The position numbers and the translations under genes are program-made. The notes under the pieces were generated by a model. It was not told the DNA's origin, ran no database searches, and was given only the letters and a program-made list of their open reading frames with translations. DNA of 63,387 nt, counting the filler, from Rhabdomonas costata (Eukaryota): the NCBI GenBank assembly GCA_019059605.1. It is 46 parts of 46 records of this genome, joined end to end, with 100 filler letters (N's around TTAATTAATTAA, not from the genome) between each part and the next. Parts side by side here need not be neighbours in the genome. Positions count along the whole stretch, not along the records: positions 37,277 to 38,555 come from JAHMHO010020850.1; positions 38,656 to 39,935 come from JAHMHO010020851.1; positions 40,036 to 41,313 come from JAHMHO010020852.1; positions 41,414 to 42,693 come from JAHMHO010020853.1; positions 42,794 to 44,072 come from JAHMHO010020854.1; positions 44,173 to 45,452 come from JAHMHO010020855.1; positions 45,553 to 46,832 come from JAHMHO010020856.1; positions 46,933 to 48,212 come from JAHMHO010020857.1; 38 more parts are not named here. One strand, 5' to 3'. Of this stretch, positions 37,625 through 49,692 are shown piece after piece (position 1 is the first letter of the stretch; every line of letters begins with the position of its first letter).

Positions 37625-38831
37625 GATTGGGATCCCCACCTAAGCACTTAAGCGCCATTCTCTTAATAGAAGTCTGATTGTCCCTGACTCCAAGCTCGAG
37701 ATTGTTAGGCGCTAAGGTTCCGGGAGCTTGGACAGAGGAAGACACAACTTTTGGATGTAACATCGAGTGCCCACCAAACCAAAGGAATATACCCCATATA
37801 CCAAACCTGCACATCCCCTGACAGGGGCACCGTGTGGAGGACCTCTTGGATCACTCCTTGCAAGGCGGCGACGCTCTTTTTGCTGCAGGGTAAAACGCCG
37901 TACGCCGTAAAGAACAAATGAAAAGGCCTCGTGAAGAAAACATAGCCTTAAGTATGTTGGTTTGACAATACTCGTTGATTTTCTTTTTCAAAGCCGTCAA
38001 AGCCGTCACATCGTCCGGCCACCATTTTCCTTGGCATTCTGCGTCGCCCTTTGAGCATTCTTGCTACTCGCAGCCAAGCCGAACAGATCCGTGTCTCCCC
38101 CTCCCCTAAGCCCCCACTACTGCCCTCAGTTTTCTGTCTCAAGCCCAATCTCGACGAAAAACTGAAGAAAATCTTCATTCCCCATTGCATCAGCGGGACG
38201 AAACGCCTCGAAAAAATAAAGCGCCAAACCAACGAGCAGTAACCCAACGTGATGAATCCTACAGCATACCCCAGCACTCGCTCCATGCTGAGTTCAAACT
38301 CCCGCACCCTCACCCTTGCATCGAAACAATCACTCTCGCTCGCTTCCTCGCTCCACAAGCCACAAGCACCCCAAGCAGGGTAGCAGGAGCTCCAAAACGT
38401 CCAGCGCCGCCTGAGTGCCAGCTGAATCGGCCTCCTCGTCGCCCTCCGAAAGGCCCTCCGTGTCACTTCCCTGCACACAAAAGCCCCCTCGTGTGTATTT
38501 CTATTTGTCAGTGTTAGAGAAGGGGAGGAGAGGGGGTCTTTTGTATATACAACACNNNNNNNNNNNNNNNNNNNNNNNNNNNNNNNNNNNNNNNNNNNNT
38601 TAATTAATTAANNNNNNNNNNNNNNNNNNNNNNNNNNNNNNNNNNNNNNNNNNNNCGCTCAGCCACATACTTCAGCTGCCTGCATACCTGCAGAGTCTTC
38701 GTTTCTCTTTTTCCACAGCCCACAGTGTGTTTTGTAAGGATGCCCGTTACTGGATGCGACAATCGTCCATTTGACCTCTGGGAGGTTGGGAGGTGCAAAG
38801 GGAAGCGGGCTGATGTGGCAGGAGGCCGCAC

Positions 38832-39494
38832 CTGGACTTCAGCTTGTCCGTAAGATCCCGCAGCTCGCTGCGCACAGCCTGCCGCATCGCGGGAAGGTTC
38901 TCCAGCCGCCAGTACGGCCTCTGACTAAACCTGCGCAGCCACGCCAGGCCGTGGCTGGCCATCTCCGAGAAGGTCGAAGCCTTCACAGAAAACTGAAAAG
39001 ATGTGAGGACCGGCAGGGGAGCAGGGAGAGCCACACCAAGTCGGGGGTTCAATATCAGGTGTGTTCAAAAAAATGACAGCTTTTCTCAACCCTAGCATGA
39101 GCCATATTAGCATTGACAAAAAAGAGAGCGAATACAAAAACCAAAATGGGTCCGCGGGAACCTCAATCATCAGGCCAGAGGGAAAAGCCTCAATTCCGCG
39201 GAGCATCACATCTCTGCTTACGACGACTCGTAGAAATGGTGTTGGTCATCTGTGTGGCAGACATATCACTCGTATTTGTGGGAAACCAGGGATTCCCTTT
39301 GCGGAAAATTAATACCTACTAGATTCTACTCAACCCACGAGTGACAGAAAAAACAACGGGCCGGAGGGTGGTTGGGAACGAACCACCAGGTCGACTTTCC
39401 GCCCATCCCCGCTGGAACGCAGGTATGTGCTGACGTACTCGATCTCCTCAGAGATCTTTTCCTCCGTCTCCTTGAGCTTTAAGGGGGTTCCATC
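38832..39494 (-). CDS. Protein of unknown function (exons ~39494-39388, ~38980-38832)
   Basis: AG/GT-bounded GC-rich exons DGTPLKLKETEEKISEEIEYVSTYL... and ASTFSEMASHGLAWLRRF... Confidence 0.55.
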
Positions 39495-41582
39495 CTGCAA
39501 AGCAATACCGAAAAAGCTATAATTGGAAAGAACATCGCTCATCACTCATCAAAGATAATCCGATACACAGTAAACTGGCAGAAAGCGTGTCCGAAAAAAC
39601 AAACGTGGGACATGCCTCGTCTGTGGAAAAAACCCCCAAACTTAGACCCTGAAATAAAGGAAGAGGGAGAAGGGGTATTGTGTGGCAGTGAACCCAGAGA
39701 AGTGATTCTATGCGGTGGAAAAGCTGTTCAGTCGAGAAGACAACACAATCAGCGAGCAGAGCAGGGTGAGACATGCAGAAAGCGAGAGCCACGAAAGCCG
39801 GGACTAAGACCCGCGTCATATCAAAAGTAAGATGGTAGAGGTAGACACACAAGAGAAGGCCAAAAAAAAAGAAGCAAAATCAGCTCCAGGTCCGACCGCT
39901 TTTCTTCACTTTCACCACTTCTTTCACCACCACACNNNNNNNNNNNNNNNNNNNNNNNNNNNNNNNNNNNNNNNNNNNNTTAATTAATTAANNNNNNNNN
40001 NNNNNNNNNNNNNNNNNNNNNNNNNNNNNNNNNNNTGTGGTTGTTGTGTGCATGTGCACGCTGCATGTGCAGGTTTCACTGACAACGTCCCCTTTTGCTC
40101 TCTGTTTCTTTTCATGCTTGCGTTTGAGTGGAAACTCGAGAGTGCCACCACTACACCACCACCACCACAAATTACAGAGAGAACACCCTGGGTCACTTTG
40201 GAGCTCCTGCTCGGGGCTCTCCTCAGCATCTTGGGTCTCCAAGGGCTCCTGCACCTGCAGCGCGGGAGCCTCTGCCTGCGAAACAAGCAGAACACGTAGC
40301 GATAAAAAGTGGACCTTACCCTCCCACCAACGCAACAAGTCGCCGGCTCTGGTCACCTGGATGAAGGCGACGTGGGAGATTCAAGCTTCGAGTTCAAGGA
40401 AGCCTCCCCCCTAAGGCGCGCTCCCCTCTCGATTCGTGAGGAAGCTGGGACACGTGCTGTAAATGTCCCTACTCACACCTGTCCCTAAGTCACAGAATAA
40501 AACACATCTGTACATGCCTCCCAACACCTGAGCTGAAGACTCGGAGGGTGAGCATGGGGACCCACACACACGCCCCAACCTCAGGTTTGTAGGGCTTTGG
40601 GGGTTCTCCTCGGCCGGAAACCGCTGGTTTCTGGGAGAAGAAGTAAATGCATCGCACGCCAATGACAAACGATGGCAGCCGAATGAGAAAAAGAGAAAGG
40701 CCGTTGTACGCTAATGTGTTAGCGAGTGATACGCTCCTGGAGAGAGAGTGCTCCCATATCCGGCAGACGGGATTGGGTAACGACCTTAACGAATTTAGCA
40801 GACCCACATAACAATAAAATACATTGGGCGCAGATTTCCACTGGTGACGTCCACTGGACAGTCACGAGATGAAAATTGCCGAATAGGGACACTACTTTCC
40901 ACACCTCCTCGGTGCGTTGGCTTGTAGGTCTCCAATCTCGATTGGAAGGTTGTCAATGTCTCCTATTCCACATCGCGAGAGGGGGGGGGCATTCCTTCTC
41001 GGAGGAGGAAATTGCCGATGAGACGGGTGAGCTAAGTTTCTGCAGGATCTCCTTGATCTCCTCCTGGAAAGGGCCATTATGCACAGGGAAATGAGGAAGC
41101 CGCTCGCCACGCAAAATTTATCAGCAAACCAGAAGGGCCACAAAGCTTCAAAGAATCCCCCCCCCCAAATCGCCATAAACAGAGTGGGTGAAATTACTGA
41201 GCTCTTATATTTTCATTTTCTCCCCTGTGTCCAAAAGAGCCCAAAAAGAGGCGAAACAACACATGATTGTGGTTTGGAAGTATAAGTTCCACATTTGGGA
41301 GGAACCACCCACANNNNNNNNNNNNNNNNNNNNNNNNNNNNNNNNNNNNNNNNNNNNTTAATTAATTAANNNNNNNNNNNNNNNNNNNNNNNNNNNNNNN
41401 NNNNNNNNNNNNNGTGGTGGGTGTGGTTGGGGTTGGTGGGCACAACTATCGTCTGTATCACTGCAAAAAGCTTTGTACAAACTGGGCAGTCAGGGAGGGA
41501 GCTTCCTCTGCGAAAAGCAAGCAATAGAAGCACTCCCACGGCATTGGAGGAGAAGGACGGGAGGACAGCACTGTGCCCATAC

Positions 41583-42471
41583 GGACATGGGCGCCGAGCT
41601 CGCCGTGGCCGTGCAGGAAGCAGGAGATGGTGAAGGTCATGGAGGCCAAATACCGCGGGTACCACTCCTCCTCCTCCGCGACATGCTCGCCCAGCTCCGA
41701 GTGGGGGTCGGCCAGAGCCAGCCATCCAATCGCGAGGCTCTGCAGTACTACCAAGCTGATGCTGAGACGCATGTTATACATACACACACACACACACATC
41801 ACGCATTGCACATATACCTAAACGTAATTCGGGCATTCGGATCTAAACAAACTGCAATGTTTTCTGTGCGGCACCTAGCGGAACGCAATCACAACAGCGA
41901 CAAAAGCGAACAAAAGCAATTACAACCCACAAGTGCTTTTGTCTGCTCTTTTTTATTTGGATGGAGTGGGGATGCGGTGGAGAACGAGAGTATATGTGCC
42001 ACGAACACGTCCTCCACAAAACCCTAACACCCTAACAGGATCTACAGTGAAGAAAGAATTTGGGCAACAAAAAAAGCCGGGAAAAAAGTAGCCTCCCCTT
42101 CACCGAACCTGTGATTTGCAAGAGCAAAGAAAAAACGCCAAGCGAGCAACGAACAAAACAAACGAAACGCAGGTACAGGCACAGGTGGCAGCAGCAGACG
42201 CTGCACCGCACCTGAAGAACTTCACCGCGTGAACCCACCGAGAGGTGACCAGGATGGGGTTGCGGCGGCTGAAGTACGTGACGATGCGCACCACGTGCAG
42301 CAGCCGGAGAAAGACTAGCACCCCAAATGCCGTGGGGTGCACCCGCACGCACATGGCCTCCTCGGAGAGCGTCTCTGGGGCGGCCGCGGCCAGCGCGATC
42401 AGGTCCAGCGGAAGGGAAACCACCAGGTCCCACACAAACCAGCTCTGGAGGTAGAGCTTGCGAAGAAGCGA
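41583..42471 (-). CDS. Cyclic-nucleotide-gated/EAG-type cation channel, S3-S5-pore region (exons 42471-42212, 41761-~41583)
   Basis: YLQSWFVWDLVVSLPLD (S3 signature), FLRLLHVVRI (S4), hydrophobic S5, then RYLASMTFTISCFLHGHGEL (pore helix); phase-2 junction is consistent. Confidence 0.75.
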
Positions 42472-42793
42472 CTGCGTACATGCCGCAGAAAGGGAGGGAA
42501 GAGGCGGGAATGAAAGACAAAGGCAAAGGGCAGGGAAGGTATCTTCATGATTTTTGAGGAGGAACGAATGGGGTGTTTTTGATTCCTTATGTCTATTCAA
42601 AAAAATGAGGTAAGGGTTACTGACTTGGAAGTGTGTGTCCCGACGTGGCTCTCACTGAAATGGAGATAGAACCAGTCGTTCCTCCCCAAAACANNNNNNN
42701 NNNNNNNNNNNNNNNNNNNNNNNNNNNNNNNNNNNNNTTAATTAATTAANNNNNNNNNNNNNNNNNNNNNNNNNNNNNNNNNNNNNNNNNNNN

Positions 42794-43235
42794 GGGGGGT
42801 GGGTCCCCTCCTCCGGCGGCAGCCTCCAGAGGAGGGGACCTTCCCCCCTCCCGGACCCCCTTGAGCTCCTCTTGCGCCCTTTGGTAGGCCGCGGCGGCCT
42901 GCTCTGTGGCATCGGAGTACTCCTGCTGCATCCGCGGGGTGACAGCCTTCTTGGGAACGACCACCACGGCATCCGGGAAGCTGTCTCGCCTGGCCTGGGC
43001 ACCCGCGGTTTCCTTCTTCATTTCCTGAATGTAGCTCTTTATGGAAGGCACGGCACGGGCGGGGTGTGCGCCCGCACCCCGGGGACTGGTGGTGGCGGTG
43101 GGAGATGCAGCGGGAAAGCTGGTGCGGGCCCCCTTGCGCAAGAAGTCCTTGGGGTTGCGGTTGGGTGCCTTGCTGGCGTCCCCACCACCCTTCTTGGAGG
43201 GCTCCCCAGAGGGAATCGAGAAAGCAGTCCCCCCT
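42794..43235 (-). CDS. Low-complexity exon of an unknown protein
   Basis: Long GC-rich open frame (NPKDFLRKGA...RMQQEYSDATEQAAAAYQRAQEELK) after a cag acceptor. Confidence 0.5.
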
Positions 43236-46200
43236 GCAGGGGCAGCGCGATGGTGCGGATCCATGCAGGGTGGGGCTGAGGGTGAGCAGTGGTAAACCAA
43301 AGCAGAAAAAGAAACACCAAGAAAAATAAGACAGAACTTAGATCAGCAAGAAAATGCTGCACATGAAAACACCAAGCGTTGGTCGATAAAATGAGGGGAT
43401 GAATGATGACAAAGTAAGGGACAGCAACCGCGGAACACCGTGCCCCCAATTCGATTTAAATGGGAGAAGTGAAAAACGTTTCACAAAAGGACATCATTCG
43501 GATGTTTAGAGATTGAGACAGATAAGCTCAGGTATATCAATCTGCACCGCGTAAAACATCTTGTTGAGGGCGGAACGAAAAAAGTTTCGCTCCGTTTGTG
43601 AACACCTTACCACTAGCGTCAGCGCGCACCGCCCATATCTGCTCATTTTTCTGCTTTGGCTGCACTGTTGTTTTTTTGCAACATTAATTGCTTCCATGTA
43701 TCCGTCGGTGACAGATTTGCTTGTGAGGCGAATGGGTGCCATGGGTTAAGCTCCTTTGAGGGACAGAAAAACGGGTGAATGAAAACAGAGACCCAAAATA
43801 TAGAAGAAGTTTCGTGCACCTGTTCATCTGCTCATGCCAGTAGCAGTAGTATTTGTGATAGCATTTGCATTTGATTCGTTGTTATCTGGGGAATGAAACT
43901 CACAGTTTTAAAATGGAATGCGCCATTTCAATCGAAGGACAAACTGCGGGTCATGAAGCGTTCGAGTAACCTAAATTGAAAGCAGGTTTTTCGGCACCAC
44001 ACCCCTTAATTGGAGGGGGGGGGGTGCAGACCGCGCAAACAAATGGTGCGAACGGGGATAACCACCACCATCNNNNNNNNNNNNNNNNNNNNNNNNNNNN
44101 NNNNNNNNNNNNNNNNTTAATTAATTAANNNNNNNNNNNNNNNNNNNNNNNNNNNNNNNNNNNNNNNNNNNNGGGGGTGGGTGACTGCAAGCTGTCTCAG
44201 CTGGAGGTAAGCGAGATGGACTGCCGCTGGTTTCGGCTGGCTCCTGCTGATCATGAACTGCAGCTGGCTCGGGTCGATGCTTCACTGCAAATCTCAACTG
44301 CAGTCCGCGGTGGCTCCTGCTGCGGCTCCTCCTGCTGCTGAACTCCGAGGATCTTCAGGAAGCCGCTCGCAGGTAGGGAAGAGCCTACTGAGGGATACGC
44401 TCGAGCAGGGTTCTTGTTCTTCTTCTGGATACCACGTTGTAACCAGCGTTGCTGGGTTGTTACAAAGGTGTCAATTGGCAACACGTAAAGCTCGGAATGC
44501 AAGGATGCATGGATAGTCTTGTTGGAGAATCCAGTATAAGCGCAGGGAGTTGTTACATGCATACCTCCCAGTGATAGACTCACTGCCCCTGTTGCTGACA
44601 CATCCAAACAACCGTGCCGATGTCACCAATCATAATACCTCAAACATGTCCAATTTTGTCCTGTAATGTATAGCAGTTGTGTTCGTGTTCGAACGGGTAA
44701 GTGGGAAGAAGGTAGTTTCCTCAGGAAACTTCTGCAGCCGGTTAATGCCAAGCATGATTTCGTCGTTGCGAAGCTATGAAGCTTTCGACTGGCGGAGGTC
44801 TCCCCAAAAAAAATGCCAATTCGTAAAAATGCAACCGCTGGTCAAACACTGCTGGCGGTGTACACGAGGTTGAGCGCGGAAGTGCCGAAGTGGAGGCATT
44901 CCCTTTGCGCCGATTGGGTTCGAAGGCCTATGGGTTGGGTTGGATCGATAGCGCTGGAGACAATAAAAATTACGAGGTCCTTCCCCTTCCCCAACTTCAC
45001 TTTTTTCCTCCCCGTTACCGCCGTTGGACATCTGCAGGAGTCCTTCCCTGTGGTGTGTGGCTGCTCTCACAGCACACGCCTTTGTGACGACTTTTCCGCG
45101 CAGCCGCGTTCCCCCAGCTTCTCCAGCTTTTCGTTTTCCTCTTTACAACAACTTACTGCCCTCTGTGAGTCGCCACCCCCCCAAAAAGAGAAATGTTCCG
45201 TCGTACCCGCAGTAGCAGCCCAGCGCAGACAGCGGGGCGGACGAAGCGTTCCGCCCAAGTCGAAGGGTACTGCCAGCGGCCCCTCCTCAGCACCAGGCTG
45301 AGGATGCCCGAGCTGGCGATGCCCCATCCCACGACCCTGCTGCCGCCCTCGACTCCGGTCAGATACACCCACATCCGAACACACACTCGGACATAGGCAC
45401 AGACCCCACACCGCGATGGCGATCGCATCGCGATCGAGCTTTCACAAACACCNNNNNNNNNNNNNNNNNNNNNNNNNNNNNNNNNNNNNNNNNNNNTTAA
45501 TTAATTAANNNNNNNNNNNNNNNNNNNNNNNNNNNNNNNNNNNNNNNNNNNNTTGTGGGTTTTTCTTTCTAGCGCCCACAAGGTATGAATTGATGGCCCC
45601 CGTTCAAAGACCGGATGATCAAGGGTTTTGTTGGGCCAGTGGGGACGGCACAGAATCAGGTTGTCGGCTGATGCCTGGCAACAAGGGGCGGCCTTGCACC
45701 CGAAACACGCCTAATTCACCTTCAAAAAGGCGATGGATACGTAAAAGACGGAATTATTATTATTATTTACTCCTAAAAATCACCGCGCCTTGGGCGAACC
45801 GTGCCATACCGCGGCCGACGCCAACACCTTAACGACGGGCTAAAGCCCGGGACACAGCAAAAGACATTTGTGCGGTATTTAACAGACTAATCCTCTAAGG
45901 TTCCTATTTGCGGAATCCGGCCTTAAACCAACCCACAATGCCCAAAACAAAACGCCGACACGAACGCGGCACGCCACCGCAAGCACTGGCAGGATCCTGA
46001 ATGAGGGTTGGGCAGCGCGTCTCGTGGCGCAAGGGGGCACCCGCAGCAGGAGGGGGGCAATGGAAAGCAGGGCAGAAACACAAGGAAATGGATTTTGGAA
46101 AACTGATCGGCTGATAAGTGATAAAGCATGGACGGGCGCTGTGCCGAAAAAAGCTTGCGTGTTCAAATCTGGCAATCCAGCAAGTTTGATCGCGGTTATT

Positions 46201-47107
46201 TTCCTTGCATCAGCCGGACAAATCTCGTTTGAAAGCGCAATTCCTGCAACCAAGCACTCCAATAGCTTCCCAGGGCCCCGCGCCGTTAGCTTTCTGCACC
46301 AAAACCATTGCCAGTGTCCTTCTGATATGGAAATGCGGCCGCGCGTACCAGACGGCAGCAGCCGCTTTCAAAGAATACCAACTGCTGGAGGCTAGAAATT
46401 ATGAGAAAGCATTCAGGACATAAAAACAGCTTCTGACGATTTGCATCAAGAGCCGCACACCCGCAGTGTTGCCTGAGCCATTCCACGATCTTCCTTTGGA
46501 GATGTGCACTTACACAGAGGTGCTAAAAAGCAAGCATCGCGTTTAGCAGAGACAGTGCAAAGACTTCCTGTGCGGGGGGAATGCCGTTTGGTACAAACCG
46601 GTTGGTGCAAAATGATACAAATCCGTGTGGTGAGGTCTGCGCTGCTAAAAGCATGAAAAGCAAAGCAACCACAAAACGCAGCATAACCGCAGGGCTTCGG
46701 TCGAGAAAAATGGCTCAGAATTCAACAGAGGGACACTCAACGAAACCCCAACGATCCCAGCAAGTCGCGAAAACGACTACCGCACCTTGCAAACTCATTA
46801 TCTTAAAGGAAACGGCCTCCGCCCAAAACACANNNNNNNNNNNNNNNNNNNNNNNNNNNNNNNNNNNNNNNNNNNNTTAATTAATTAANNNNNNNNNNNN
46901 NNNNNNNNNNNNNNNNNNNNNNNNNNNNNNNNGGTGGGTTGGTGCTTACGCTTACGGTCGAAAAATAGTGTTTTGAGTTCCAGAGTTGTGTTAGTAGTCG
47001 TAGCGAGACACTGGTGTCTTCGCGTTGCCCTTTCTTGAGCTTCACCGCCAGTCCCACCATGCCCATTCCATCCAGTGGGGTGGCCTTTGCACTGCATTGC
47101 ATTGCAG

Positions 47108-47520
47108 TGGACGGACAGTTCCCTGAAGGCAAGGCCGAGATCCTCTCCGCCATTGCCACCTATGAGGGCCTCCCCGCCGAAGAGAAGATGCTGTTCAAGG
47201 TCGGGAAGCGCGCTGCGCTGTTCCGGAGGCTCAATGATCTGCGCTCCCCGGGGATGCGAGCCAGGGCCCAGGAGGTGATTGCCGCGCTGGGGGTGACCCC
47301 AGACTCTGCGAACACGGTGTGCCGGCACTTCCTGGGGTACTTCGAGAACGCGCTGTACCGCGGCGGGGTGTTCCGGTTTAGCCCCGAGGTGCTCGCCGCG
47401 GTGCGGGAGTCGCTTCGCAAGGAAAGCGAAGAGGCTGCCGCGGGAGGTGTCGCCGCTACAGCACAGCGCTTGCACGGTGTGGGCCGCACCACAGTGACCC
47501 CCGCGGAAGCCGTGGCGTAA
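47108..47520 (+). CDS. Terminal exon resembling the C-terminus of bacterial radical SAM proteins
   Basis: VDGQFPEGKAEILSAIATYEGLPAEEKMLFKVGKRAALFRRLNDL resembles the recalled pattern EG.LP.DK..ML..I..YL.L....+..F..GRR...Y..L.DL. ttgcag acceptor; stop at 47520. The CxxxCxxC motif is not on this contig. Confidence 0.55.
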
Positions 47521-48097
47521 GAAGAAAGCAGCGGCGCTGGCAAACGCGCGCCGCCAAAGCTTCGGTGTAGGTTCAGAGTTACGTAGTTTTGATGGGGTTG
47601 GGATGGTGGGAAGGTGGGCTTTGGGGTTGCGCTGTCTTTCGGTGGGTGAGGTGCGGCGTTCCTGTGTCTGCCCTCCTCACTCACATTGCGGACATTGCGG
47701 CAGAGCGGTGCGCGTCGCGTTGAAATCGATAATGGGCTCTTTTCATTTTCTCGCTTGCGGGTGACCGAGGTGTACATTTGCAAGATCCAGTGTTTTGGCA
47801 GCTGCGTGGCTGATTTTTCTTCTTTGGGTCTCCCTTTATATGTTGGGATGTCTCTGCTGCTGTTTCACAAAGAGAAAGGAGACCGCTGATTTCTGACCAT
47901 TTGTCCAATCAGGACCTGTTACCTTTTAATTGTCGGCTCGTGGATAGTTTGTCTGCAAGCTTACTGCTCAACAGTGTCGAAACGTTTCCCACCGCGAGGA
48001 AATCAAGCAGGATATGTTGTCATATGGTGACTCCGTGGGGTTTCTGTTTCCTTTGTTCAGAGTACTTTCAACCCTCTCCAGCCGTTCATTGTCGTTC

Positions 48098-48207
48098 GTT
48101 TTGCACCCACTGTTCACCGCTCTCGTTCAAGCCAAGAAGAATACATGAGGTATGCCGGATTTTTTCTTCTTGGCTTGAACGAGAGCGGTGAACAGTGGGT
48201 GCAAAAC
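48098..48207. repeat. Long inverted repeat (hairpin E): 44-bp perfect stem 48098-48141/48164-48207
   Basis: Exact reverse-complement arms; 22-nt loop. Confidence 0.97.
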
Positions 48208-48418
48208 ACACANNNNNNNNNNNNNNNNNNNNNNNNNNNNNNNNNNNNNNNNNNNNTTAATTAATTAANNNNNNNNNNNNNNNNNNNNNNNNNNNNNNNN
48301 NNNNNNNNNNNNGGGTTGGGGGGGGGGGTGGATTTATACTGATGACAGCACCCGAGAGAATAGACGTTTCCTTTTCTTCTATGATGGTCGTTGGGCCTGC
48401 TGCGTTGTGCTCAATTAG

Positions 48419-49281
48419 ATTTGGGTAAGCTCATGGCCAACGGCACTCCGTTCACGATGTACCAGCTGAAAAGCATGGCATACCAGCTGCTCTTCGGCTT
48501 GCTCTTCATGCACAGGGCAAGACCGCCCTCAACCCCATCCTTCCTCTCCCTCCTTTGGCAAGGGACTGATAGCGTTGCTGCATTGAGGGGCAATGTGTGT
48601 TTGTGAGCCCCACGTATACGGCCCGTTTTTGAATGAGTTCCTTCCGAGCGACGTTTCTTCGAGGCTGACCCTTTACCCCCTCACTTTTGGGGTGTTGTGA
48701 AGAGTAATATAGTGGGGGGATACCCTGGTACCTCCGGTAACAGCCAAAAAGCCAAAACAAAATAATCAGTAGCTGAGCTTTATTATCGATCTTGGTTCCG
48801 CGGCCCAATCATCCTGGATTAATTTCGGTTCTTTCGGTGGTTTTATTGACCACGCGTCGCCCTCCTATCTCTCTCCTCCTCATCATCATCTGCTTGAATC
48901 GCCAGGGCGGAGGGTTGCCCTGTAATACCGCCCAAACATTCCAGATCAATGAAGGAGGATTTTTTTGCCGCATTACCAACTCAGGGGAACCGGGGCACCA
49001 CACCCACAAACAATTACGCCACTTCACATGAGCCCACTTCTGGCTCTGTCCACTGGGACGTGTTTTTTAATCTCTGCAGAGGTGGACCGGACGACCCGGC
49101 CCACCCAGCTTGATGATGTGTCCGGTTACGTGCTTCCCTAACCACTGGGTGTATTTCCATTTCCTGAGCACTTTTTGAAATCAGCGATGAAGAAAAGTAT
49201 GGTTTTTGTTTTATTCAGTGCAATGTGGTTCACCGCGACCTCAAACCCGGGAACATCTTGGTCGATGTCTCGGTTGCCGGG
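48419..49281 (+). CDS. CMGC (MAPK/CDK-like) kinase fragment (exons ~48419-48516, 49219-~49281)
   Basis: DLGKLM...QLKSMAYQLLFGLLFMHR|CNVVHRDLKPGNIL. Confidence 0.92.
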
Positions 49282-49692
49282 GTATGCACGGTTGGGGATA
49301 CGTGCTATTTCTTATCGCGTACTTCTCCGTTCCCATCACCAGTGATCTTGAGTATTTGTTGGTTTTTGGAGGGTTGGACAGCTAATTGCAACCCTGGCTG
49401 CTGCGGGCTGTGCGCATTCCCGTCAGCTTTAGTATTCTCCCCATGCTGCAAAGGACAAAACCCAGCCGCACGCTGTTTAGCCTTGTCACTGTCCTCTCCC
49501 TGTCGATGAACTCGGAGCCCCCTTCCACGTGCGGAGCGTTTGCGACCGCTGACAACGCGGGACTGCTATCACTTCTTACCTCACCACAACCANNNNNNNN
49601 NNNNNNNNNNNNNNNNNNNNNNNNNNNNNNNNNNNNTTAATTAATTAANNNNNNNNNNNNNNNNNNNNNNNNNNNNNNNNNNNNNNNNNNNN

